Position numbers and translations under genes: made by a program. Under the pieces are notes generated by a model that was not told the DNA's origin, made no database searches, and was given only the letters and a program-made list of their open reading frames with translations. Shown piece after piece: positions 16,128 to 24,335 of a stretch of 64,000 nucleotides of DNA. Every line of letters begins with the position of its first letter. Within the stretch, counting starts at the first letter, position 1. The DNA is from an uncultured Bacilli bacterium (GTDB lineage Bacteria; Bacillota_I; Bacilli_A; RF39; UBA660), in NCBI GenBank assembly GCA_934129885.1, contig CAKOWU010000001.1:19750-83749 (forward strand), written 5' to 3'.

Positions 16128-16312
16128 ATTATCAGTATTATTTATACTTATAGTATTATTCGTATTTCCTTATTTGTCAGACTAGGTAACATCTATATTA
16201 TTTGTATTTATGATATTACCTGTACTATAAGTATTTCTCCAATGTGGACATATTGTGGACATTGTCCACATCCGTTCACTTGCTACGATTATATAAAATA
16301 TATTATTTAGTG

Positions 16313-16564
16313 TCAACCATGGCCTTCCATAATTTTATCTACAGACAATTCTTTTATCAAATTAATGTCATAATCGTTTAAACACTCATTATGTTCAACA
16401 AAAAAAGATTCTTGTTTATTATCTCTTATATTATAAGTGAATACTGATATAAAAACTTCATCATAATTTTGATTAAATTTTTCATTACTTTCTTCAAATT
16501 GTCTTTCAAACTCTAATCTTTTTTCATTTTTTATAATTTTTAAATAGTATAATTGCCAACACAT
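16313..16564 (-). CDS. Hypothetical 83 aa protein (cargo of the cassette inserted in the secA 3' end)
   Basis: Track ORF 16313..16594. The likely start is ATG 16564 (MCWQLYYLK), 5 nt after GAGGAGG. No recognisable motif. TGA stop. Confidence 0.5.
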   Translation of the reverse strand: MCWQLYYLKIIKNEKRLEFERQFEESNEKFNQNYDEVFISVFTYNIRDNKQESFFVEHNECLNDYDINLIKELSVDKIMEGHG

Positions 16565-16710
16565 ATGTACCTCCTCAAAAAAAGATGTCAACAAATTTTA
16601 TTTTGCTGACATCCTTTAATTTCAATGAATTTCGTCCACATTTTTATTTATTGGTTGACAAACAACAAATTTGTTACCTTTTTTTAATTCATCTTTTCCC
16701 TTATTTTATG

Positions 16711-19203
16711 CTACTTCCCACAACAATTTTTATATTTTTTACCACTGCCGCAAACGCAGGGCTCATTACGGCCTATTTTTTGCACTCTTTTTGGTGATTG
16801 TTTTTTTATTTTGTTATTGTCTTCTACGGCTGTACCTTTGATTACTTGCTTTCTTTCTGTGTTTTGTCTAATTTCAGCATGTAGTAAAAATCTTGTGATG
16901 TCGGTGTCAATAGTATCTAATAAATCGTCAAATTTTTCATACCCTTCAGCGGTGTAGGCGCGAAGAGGATTTTCTTGTCCATATCCTCTTAAGTGAATTC
17001 CTTCTCTCAAAACGCTCATTTCATTTATGTGGTCCATCCAGTGAGTATCGATTACTCTTAATGAAACGGCTTTTTCAAATTCATTTCTAACTTCTTCTGG
17101 AATGTCACTCATTCTATTTTCGTATTCTTCGGTAACAGCTTCATAAATGGTATTTGTAAGCCCATCTGCATCTAGTTCGTTAAGTTCGTCTAATTCCAAT
17201 TTTTCTTTAAGGAGGTTTTGGTTTACTGACTCTAATATTTCGCTGACATCTAGTCCTGTTAATTCACCATTTTCGTCGGTATGGTCTTTAACGAAGGTTT
17301 CTATATGGTCATAGAAGTTTTTTAGAACTATGTCGTGAATGCTGTCACTATCTAGTATAGCATTTCTTTTATCATAGATAATACCTCTTTGGTTATTTAA
17401 GACGTCATCATATTCTAGCAAGTGTTTACGGGTATCAAAGTTATTACCTTCAACTCTTTTTTGAGCAGATTCAATTGATTTAGATAATGATTTACTTCTT
17501 ATTGAAAGTTCGCCATCAAAGCCAACTCTTTGAAGTAATGCTTTGGCACTATCGGTACCGAATCTTACCATAAGTTCGTCTTCAAAACTTACGCAGAACT
17601 GGGTCATTCCTGGGTCTCCTTGACGGCCGGCACGACCTCTTAACTGGTTATCGATACGTCTTGATTCATGTCTTTCGGTTCCTAACACACATAGTCCACC
17701 AAGTTCTTTTACGCCTTCGCCTAGTTTGATATCGGTTCCACGTCCTGCCATGTTGGTGGCGATAGTTACCGCTCCTTTTTGACCGGCTTTGGCAATGATT
17801 TCGGCCTCTCTAGCATTATTTTTGGCATTTAAAACTTCATGTGGAATTTTTTCTTTTTTTAACATGTTACTCAAAAGTTCACTGTTTTCAACAGCAATTG
17901 TTCCGACTAGAACGGGCTGACCTTTACTATGTCTTTCTTTGATTTCTTTTACGATAGCAGAGTATTTACCAGCGGCAGTGGCGAATATTAGGTCTCCATA
18001 ATCTTCTCTGATGACTGGCTTATTGGTAGGTATTTGGATAACATACATATTGTATATGTCTCTGAATTCTTCTTCTTCTGTTTTGGCTGTTCCTGTCATT
18101 CCTGATAGTTTTTTATACATTCTAAATAGGTTTTGGAACGTTATTGTTGCGAGGGTTTTGGTTTCTTCATTTATTTCTACGCCCTCTTTGGCTTCGATTG
18201 CTTGATGCAGACCCTCTGAAAAGTTTCTACCTGGCATTAGTCTTCCAGTGAACTGGTCAACGATAACTATTTTGCCATCTTGAATGACGTAATCAAAATC
18301 TCTTTTCATACTGTAGTTAGCACGAAGTGACTGGTTTATGAAGTGCACTAGAGTTGTATGTTCTATATCATATAGGTTTTTAATGTTGAAGTAACTTTCG
18401 GCTTTTTTTATTCCTTCTTCATCTAGTGATACGGCTTTTGTTTTTTCATCATATATATAGCCTTTATTTTCTTTTAGACCTTTTACAAATTTATCTGCTT
18501 GCATATAGAGATTTGCAGATTGCATTTTACCACCAGATATTATAAGTGGTGTTCTAGCCTCGTCTATTAGGACTGAATCAACTTCATCTATGATGACAAA
18601 GTTTAATGGTCTTTGAACTCTATCTTCGGCTTTTACTACCATATTATCTCTTAAGTAGTCGAATCCTATTTCGTTATTGGTTGAGTACATGATATCACAG
18701 TTATAGGCTTCTTTCTTTTCGGCTCTTGAGTATTCTCTATAGTTTACCCCAACTGTAAGGCCAAGGAATTCATATATTTTTCCCATCCACCCGGCATCTC
18801 TACCTGCTAGATATTCATTGACGGTAATGATATGCACGCCTTTTCCCGTTAAAGCATTAGCGTAGGCTGGTAATACTGAGGTAAGGGTTTTTCCTTCTCC
18901 GGTTTTCATTTCTGAAATATTACCATAGTGGATTGCAAGTCCTCCTAGTATTTGGACGTAGTATGGTTTTTCACCAATAACACGGTAGGCTGCTTCTCTT
19001 GCTGTTGCAAAGGCTTCTACTAGGATATCTTCTACGTCTGCACCTTGTTTTATTCTTTCTTTAAATTCTACTGTTTTGCCTTGAAGTTCTTCGTCTGTTA
19101 GTTTAGACATTTCTTCATCTAAAGCGATGACTTCGTTTGCAATAACTTTAAAACGTTCTAATTCTTTATATTCATGATCAAATATTTTTTTTAAAAAGTT
19201 CAT
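16711..19203 (-). CDS. secA: Preprotein translocase ATPase SecA
   Basis: 830 aa with MKTGEGKT Walker A, the DEVDSVLIDEARTPLIIS DEAD motor, and the C-terminal zinc motif CVCGSGKKYKNCCGK. Confidence 0.98.
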   Translation of the reverse strand: MNFLKKIFDHEYKELERFKVIANEVIALDEEMSKLTDEELQGKTVEFKERIKQGADVEDILVEAFATAREAAYRVIGEKPYYVQILGGLAIHYGNISEMKTGEGKTLTSVLPAYANALTGKGVHIITVNEYLAGRDAGWMGKIYEFLGLTVGVNYREYSRAEKKEAYNCDIMYSTNNEIGFDYLRDNMVVKAEDRVQRPLNFVIIDEVDSVLIDEARTPLIISGGKMQSANLYMQADKFVKGLKENKGYIYDEKTKAVSLDEEGIKKAESYFNIKNLYDIEHTTLVHFINQSLRANYSMKRDFDYVIQDGKIVIVDQFTGRLMPGRNFSEGLHQAIEAKEGVEINEETKTLATITFQNLFRMYKKLSGMTGTAKTEEEEFRDIYNMYVIQIPTNKPVIREDYGDLIFATAAGKYSAIVKEIKERHSKGQPVLVGTIAVENSELLSNMLKKEKIPHEVLNAKNNAREAEIIAKAGQKGAVTIATNMAGRGTDIKLGEGVKELGGLCVLGTERHESRRIDNQLRGRAGRQGDPGMTQFCVSFEDELMVRFGTDSAKALLQRVGFDGELSIRSKSLSKSIESAQKRVEGNNFDTRKHLLEYDDVLNNQRGIIYDKRNAILDSDSIHDIVLKNFYDHIETFVKDHTDENGELTGLDVSEILESVNQNLLKEKLELDELNELDADGLTNTIYEAVTEEYENRMSDIPEEVRNEFEKAVSLRVIDTHWMDHINEMSVLREGIHLRGYGQENPLRAYTAEGYEKFDDLLDTIDTDITRFLLHAEIRQNTERKQVIKGTAVEDNNKIKKQSPKRVQKIGRNEPCVCGSGKKYKNCCGK

Positions 19204-19277
19204 ATTTTGTCATCCTTTCTAATAATGTATTATAGCAAAAAAATATGGGAATATAAAGAAAAAAGACCGAAGAAGGT

Positions 19278-19814
19278 CTATTTTTCTTTAATTATACCGT
19301 AGTTACCGTCTTTACGTTTATAGATAACTTCGGTTTCACTACTTTTAGCGTTTTTAAATACGAAGAAATCATGGTCGATTAAGTTCATTTGTAAGATAGC
19401 TTCTTCTTCACTCATCGGTTTTAATTCTATTTCTTTTCGTTTAACTATTTTACTAAAATCTTTTTCTTCGGCCTCTTCGATGTCAAAATCTAATGTTAGA
19501 CCAACAATTTTTTCTTTATTAACCTTTTTATTCATACGGGTTTTATTTTTTCTAATTTGTCTTTCTAATTTGTCAAGTACTAAATCAATGGCAGCATAGG
19601 CATCTCTATTGGCCTCTTCTGCACGCAAAATCATTTTTTTTGCCGGAATAGTAACTTCTACAATTTGCAGTTTACCATCAGGTCTAATAACCACGTTTGC
19701 AACAAAATCATCAGGTTTCTCAAAGTATTTATCGAGTTTGCCGAGTTTTGTTTCGATGTATTCCTTAATACTTTCAGTAACTTTAAATTTTTTACCACGG
19801 ATTTTATATTCCAT
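19278..19814 (-). CDS. hpf: Ribosome hibernation promoting factor (long form)
   Basis: 178 aa with an S30AE/YfiA N-terminal domain (ITESIKEYIETKLGKLDKYF) and a C-terminal dimerisation domain (KPMSEEEAILQMNLIDHDFFVFKN). It lies downstream of secA, as in many Bacillota. Confidence 0.9.
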   Translation of the reverse strand: MEYKIRGKKFKVTESIKEYIETKLGKLDKYFEKPDDFVANVVIRPDGKLQIVEVTIPAKKMILRAEEANRDAYAAIDLVLDKLERQIRKNKTRMNKKVNKEKIVGLTLDFDIEEAEEKDFSKIVKRKEIELKPMSEEEAILQMNLIDHDFFVFKNAKSSETEVIYKRKDGNYGIIKEK

Positions 19815-19833
19815 ATTATCACCTTCCGTCTAT

Positions 19834-19842
19834 ATTATAACA
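19834..19842 (-). promoter_or_regulatory. Extended -10 promoter element for hpf (TGtTATAAT)
   Basis: Minus strand reads TGTTATAAT about 20 nt upstream of the hpf RBS GGAAGGTGA. It is flanked by the 8 bp inverted repeat CCGTCTAT/ATAGACGG. Confidence 0.4.
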
Positions 19843-19920
19843 TATTTATTGTGAAAAATATATGATTAATAGACGGAAAATGGCACTTGGTAGAACTTGT
19901 GTACCCTGAAAATAATATAT

Positions 19921-19945
19921 AAAAAGATAGGTTTTATCACCTATC
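19921..19945 (-). terminator. Rho-independent terminator about 225 nt downstream of csp
   Basis: Minus strand reads GATAGGTgataaaACCTATCTTTTT (7 bp stem plus U-run). Confidence 0.5.
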
Positions 19946-20170
19946 ATTGACTGAAATATAATCAGCACTTTTATTTGAGGTTTTATGGTGCTTTTTTATT
20001 AGTATTTTGACATCTTATAGTTCTTTTTCTAAAACTAACAAGATGTCCTCGTCTTTATATTTATTTTTTAAATTCTTTGATTCAAATTAAGGCGTGAAGG
20101 TAATTTTTATAAGTTATCAGCATATCTTTTTTCATACTTCTCCCTCTTACTTTAAATAGGACAGAAAAAA

Positions 20171-20383
20171 CTACACTAAAGTAGCCTTTATTTCAACAAC
20201 GTTTTTCGCTTGTAGCCCCTTGTCGGTACGAACTAGTTCAAATTCAACGTATTGTCCTTCTACCAAAGTTTTATATCCTTCTGATAGAATTGCTGAATAA
20301 TGAACAAAAATATCCTCTTGGTCATTATATTCAATAAATCCAAATCCTTTTTCATTATTAAACCATTTGACTTTACCTCTCAC
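20171..20383 (-). CDS. Cold-shock protein (CspA family)
   Basis: Contains [26 protein letters not shown] (RNP1/RNP2 motifs). The likely GTG start at 20383 lies 7 nt after GGAAGGGAG. The track ORF extends to 20407. Confidence 0.9.
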   Translation of the reverse strand: MRGKVKWFNNEKGFGFIEYNDQEDIFVHYSAILSEGYKTLVEGQYVEFELVRTDKGLQAKNVVEIKATLV

Positions 20384-20641
20384 AGGCACATCTCCCTTCC
20401 TATTCAAATATTAAAACGTAAAACTGTTTAGTCGGCGCCGACATGTTTATTTTAGCACAATCTAAGTAGCTGTGTAGTTAATGGGTCTTAACGCTATGAT
20501 TTTATGCTTGAATGATTATTTTGGGGATAATATTTTGTTTTTGTGGCATTGAGGCTTGTGAGTTTTACGTTCAATACAATTTTTATTTTTGGGGCGGGAT
20601 ACGTGATACGATTAGGCTGTCAGATAGAGAAAGAAGGTATT

Positions 20642-21244
20642 ATGAAAGAACTGGTAATAAATAATTCATTAAATTTAGTCAAAAGGCAATATCCAGATTA
20701 TGATGATGAAAAAATAGCGGTAATTAGATACGGACTAGAGGGCATTTACCTTACGGTAAGTAAAACTATAATAATTTTCTTAATTGCTTATTTTCTTGGA
20801 ATACTTAAGGAACTTATAATATTTACGCTTATTTATAATGCAATTAGGATGCCGTCTTTTGGGGCACACGCTCCGTCGAGCGCTATATGTCTGATGGCTT
20901 CTACGACTATATTTATATTATCTACATATCTATGTATGGTTATTTCAATTTCTATTTGGTTAAAGTTATTGCTTGGCACTATTGGAATAGTAATAATATT
21001 TAAGAATAGTCCTGCGGATACAGCAAAAAGACCTATAATTAATAAGAAAAGAAGGCTCTGTTATAAAATAATTTCTACTGTAATCGCAATTATATTTGTA
21101 ATATTATCCATAGCAATACAAGATAACTTTATTTCAAATAGTCTTATGCTAGGACTCATGATACAATCTATGATGACGTCACGAATAACTTACAAGTTAT
21201 TTGGTCAAACGTATGATAATTATAGGAATTATCAAAGTGAATAG
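20642..21244 (+). CDS. agrB: AgrB-type autoinducing-peptide processing membrane protease
   Basis: Track ORF 20543..21244. The likely start is ATG 20642 (MKELVINN), after AGAAGG. It is polytopic, with the AgrB signature region AIRMPSFGAHAPSSAICLMAST (R..GG/FG-HA...C). Confidence 0.8.
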   Translation: MKELVINNSLNLVKRQYPDYDDEKIAVIRYGLEGIYLTVSKTIIIFLIAYFLGILKELIIFTLIYNAIRMPSFGAHAPSSAICLMASTTIFILSTYLCMVISISIWLKLLLGTIGIVIIFKNSPADTAKRPIINKKRRLCYKIISTVIAIIFVILSIAIQDNFISNSLMLGLMIQSMMTSRITYKLFGQTYDNYRNYQSE

Positions 21245-21296
21245 TGGTTTAAATTTTAATTTAAACATAGAGGAAATAGGAAGGGAGGCTGGATGT

Positions 21297-21410
21297 ATGA
21301 TTGCAAAAATTATTGCTGCCGTTGGCGGATTTACTGCTAATGTAGGGAGTCAGGCTTGTATGTTATTTTGGCTTGATGAGCCTGAATCACCAAAAAGCCT
21401 AATAAAATAA
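21297..21410 (+). CDS. agrD: AgrD-type autoinducing peptide precursor (37 aa)
   Basis: MIAKIIAAVGGFTANVGSQACMLFWLDEPESPKSLIK. It has an amphipathic leader, a Cys plus 4 residues (C-M-L-F-W), then the conserved acidic DEPExPK recognition tail. RBS GGAAGGGAGG lies upstream. It is in frame within track ORF 21201..21410. Confidence 0.75.
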   Translation: MIAKIIAAVGGFTANVGSQACMLFWLDEPESPKSLIK

Positions 21411-21446
21411 CACTAAATATAAATAATAAAAATGTAGATTTCTGTT

Positions 21447-22763
21447 CTACATTTTTATTATTACCCTTTGAGTTATATTGTCTTTAATAATTTCACATTC
21501 ATGTTCAATATCGTTATTATCTTTTACTATTTTATCAACTAAAGTCAGTCCATATCCATGACCTTCGCCTTTAGTAGTATAACCAATGTTAGAAAGACTT
21601 TCAGCATCAATAGTTCCTTCAAAATTATTGGTTATATCAATGTATAAAAAGTTATCCATAATATAAAACTCTATAATGATACGGCGTTTCTTTAAGTCCT
21701 TTACACCCTCTATGGCATTATCAAGGAATACGCCAAGAATGGTACAGGTATCTCTTTTTAGGTCATCATTTAAATCAATTAACGATGTTGTTTTAACATC
21801 TTTGGAAATGTCTAACTTATATTTGATACCAAGTTCATTAATTTTAGAAAGCTTGGCATGAATCAATGACCTTACTTCTCCTTCTGGAATCTTTATAATT
21901 TTATTCATGATCTTATTATTAGTATTTTTCTTTTCCTTAAGTAATGACTCAATATATCTTATAACATTTTCGTCGTCTGTCATATTTTGAATAGTAAGTA
22001 ATTGATTCTGGTTTTCATGATTAGTAATTCTATATTTATTTATCATGTCACCATATTCTCGCAAGCTAGATAAGCTAGTACGGTATTTAATATTCATCTG
22101 ATTATAGTTGTTTTCACTATTGGCGAATTTAACAACCATATATACAAATACTAAGGTTAAAATTGTATTTGTTGTAAGGACAACCATCATTGGTAGATTC
22201 ATCCAACTTTCGACCGTTGATATTATAGCTATTGAAATCATCAAAGCACTGTAGAAAATAGCATCTTTTCTATTATTATAGTTATATAGTGAATCTACTA
22301 TATTATACATTTTTATGGGTACACCTGTTTTTAGTATTAATATCGATATAACTGCAGTATATAAGTTTAGTATCACACCACCAAATGCAGATAATGATAA
22401 TTTATTCAATTCTGACAGTTCATAGCCAAACATATAGTGACCAATAATAACATAAGTATATTCGGCACTCAAAATAACTAGTTGTGAGATAGCCACGATT
22501 GTTATTGCTTTGACAATTTTTCTATCCAAAAAGTGATAAGCAATAATAATCAAGAAAACAAAAGTAAAAATGAATTTTAATGATTTTGGTAAGAAAAAAT
22601 TGAATATAGTTTCTATAAAACACATGAATAAAATCAGCTCACTAATATTTAATAAATTCCAGCCATGAAAAATGTCACACATTTTATTCCAGCAGTACAT
22701 TGTACTTGCTAACAAAAATAACCCACTAGCAAAATATACAAACATATTAAGTATTAAATCCAT
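21447..22763 (-). CDS. AgrC-like sensor histidine kinase (HPK10 type)
   Basis: 438 aa with an N-terminal polytopic sensor of about 6-7 TM segments. The C-terminal GHKL ATPase has NAIEG..(N-box) and GYTTKGEGHGYGLTLV (G-box). Confidence 0.85.
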   Translation of the reverse strand: MDLILNMFVYFASGLFLLASTMYCWNKMCDIFHGWNLLNISELILFMCFIETIFNFFLPKSLKFIFTFVFLIIIAYHFLDRKIVKAITIVAISQLVILSAEYTYVIIGHYMFGYELSELNKLSLSAFGGVILNLYTAVISILILKTGVPIKMYNIVDSLYNYNNRKDAIFYSALMISIAIISTVESWMNLPMMVVLTTNTILTLVFVYMVVKFANSENNYNQMNIKYRTSLSSLREYGDMINKYRITNHENQNQLLTIQNMTDDENVIRYIESLLKEKKNTNNKIMNKIIKIPEGEVRSLIHAKLSKINELGIKYKLDISKDVKTTSLIDLNDDLKRDTCTILGVFLDNAIEGVKDLKKRRIIIEFYIMDNFLYIDITNNFEGTIDAESLSNIGYTTKGEGHGYGLTLVDKIVKDNNDIEHECEIIKDNITQRVIIKM

Positions 22764-23465
22764 TTACAACACCTCCCAGTTAAATCTGGTAGATACTAAA
22801 TCAATGATATCTCCATTATCCATGGTAATTAGTCTTTGAGATTTATCTGCTTTGACTATTCTATTTTTATTAACACAACAGGCTCTATGAGTTTGAATAA
22901 AGTCGTTACCGACCATGTTCAAAAATTCTTTTAGACTGATGTTGGTTCTAATGTCAGAATAATCTGTTTTGATTAGTATTTTTCTGTCTTCGGTATCTCT
23001 GATGGCATAAAGAATATCGTCAGTAGATACGGTGTTGGTAACTGTTCCATTTTTAAACTTTAACATTTTCTTGGTTTTCAAAACTTTAAAGGCATCTATC
23101 AGGCTATTGAATAGTTTATTCTCACAGTCATCGAATTTATTTATAAATGCTAGAAATAGGGTAACTTCTTCTAATACCTTATAGCCTAGTTCTTGGTGGC
23201 TAGTTAGAAATATAATTATACTATTCATGTCATGGTTTCTAATTATTCTTGCGACATCAACACCTGATTTTGATGGTGTTTCTATATCTAAAATGTAGAT
23301 TTTAGATGGCAAACTGGATTTTACGATGTTAATAAAGTCATCGTTATAGTCACTAAATTCATGAACTTTATATTCCACATCATTTTTCATCATATATTTT
23401 AAGATTACGTTATTAACCAAATCTCTATATTTTTTATCATCATCACATACAACAAAATTAATCAT
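22764..23465 (-). CDS. AgrA-like response regulator with LytTR DNA-binding domain
   Basis: Track ORF extends to 23519. The likely start is ATG 23465 (MINFVVCDDD), after AGGGAG. It has a receiver domain (DDD..ILDIETP) and a C-terminal LytTR domain (ILYAIRDTEDRKILIKTD..FIQTHRACCVNKNRI). Confidence 0.85.
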   Translation of the reverse strand: MINFVVCDDDKKYRDLVNNVILKYMMKNDVEYKVHEFSDYNDDFINIVKSSLPSKIYILDIETPSKSGVDVARIIRNHDMNSIIIFLTSHQELGYKVLEEVTLFLAFINKFDDCENKLFNSLIDAFKVLKTKKMLKFKNGTVTNTVSTDDILYAIRDTEDRKILIKTDYSDIRTNISLKEFLNMVGNDFIQTHRACCVNKNRIVKADKSQRLITMDNGDIIDLVSTRFNWEVL

Positions 23466-23638
23466 AATTAAACACTCCCTACTAAAATTATATAATCCTA
23501 CTATTAGATAATATATCATAAATACGCATATTCTTAATAATAGTTAACAATAAATTAATATTATTTAAAATATGAAAAAATCAGGCTTTTATGTTTATAA
23601 AGGTCTGATTTTGTTTGTTTAAGTTTTTGAATGTAGCA

Positions 23639-24289
23639 TTAGCGGCTTTTGGCCTCTTCTTTTACGTCTTTTGCATAGTCTTTTAGACTATCCCAAGCGT
23701 TACTGGCTTTTTCATAAGCACTGGCTCCTAGGTCAACTGCTTTATTATAAAGGTCATGCTTTTCTATGTAGTCTGAGCACTTTTCTTTTATTTCGGTCCA
23801 CCTTGTGCTTATTTCTTCTTTGTAATTTGGCTCTACGGTGTTTATTATTTCTACGAAAGACATGCTCGCTGTGATCATATCAATTTTGTCATTATCTTCT
23901 AACTTATCAAAATCTTCTCCTATCATAAATTTATAAAGGACGTCAAAGTTCGTTACAGCATTTTGAACTTTTTGGGTCATTTCAGGAGTTTGCCTGATTT
24001 CGTCAGAACTTGTTTTTAGTTCCTGTGTAGTTTCCTTGATAATTTCTAAAGCGGTAAAGGCTGCGGATGCGTCGTCTTTTATTTCTGGGGTATTTTCTTT
24101 CGGTTCTTCATTTTGAGTTGTTTCTTCTTTTACAGTATTAGATGCACAACCAGAGAGGGCGAAACCTATTCCGATAGAGCCTGTGAGTGCTAAGAAAGTT
24201 CTTCTGTTATAATTTTGATTTTTCATTGTTTCAAGCATATTTATACAGTTATCTAATAAATTTAGATTTGTAATATAGTCTTTTGACAT
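23639..24289 (-). CDS. Putative secreted lipoprotein (Tat-like signal plus lipobox)
   Basis: Has NRRTFLALTGSIGIGFALSGCASN (twin-Arg n-region, lipobox LSGC). The mature part is helical and acidic. The likely start is ATG 24289, after AGAGGTGA. The track ORF extends to 24346. Confidence 0.55.
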   Translation of the reverse strand: MSKDYITNLNLLDNCINMLETMKNQNYNRRTFLALTGSIGIGFALSGCASNTVKEETTQNEEPKENTPEIKDDASAAFTALEIIKETTQELKTSSDEIRQTPEMTQKVQNAVTNFDVLYKFMIGEDFDKLEDNDKIDMITASMSFVEIINTVEPNYKEEISTRWTEIKEKCSDYIEKHDLYNKAVDLGASAYEKASNAWDSLKDYAKDVKEEAKSR

Positions 24290-24335
24290 ATGTATATCAC
24301 CTCTACTACCTACTATTATATCATATTTTGTGGGA

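Noticed and set aside
16050-16310. Track ORF 16050..16310 (+, 86 aa) as a real gene
   Set aside because: It has no RBS and runs antisense through the SEC-C remnant, the terminator and the TGTGGACA repeats. Its low-complexity composition is typical of AT-rich chance ORFs.
13390-16312. A CRISPR array or tracr-like repeats next to the dual-HEPN gene
   Set aside because: Reading both flanks shows only the 11-27 nt AACGTATCTAA-type repeats, the GCACT repeats and the TGTGGACA sites. There is no series of 28-37 nt direct repeats with unique spacers, and no cas genes in the window.
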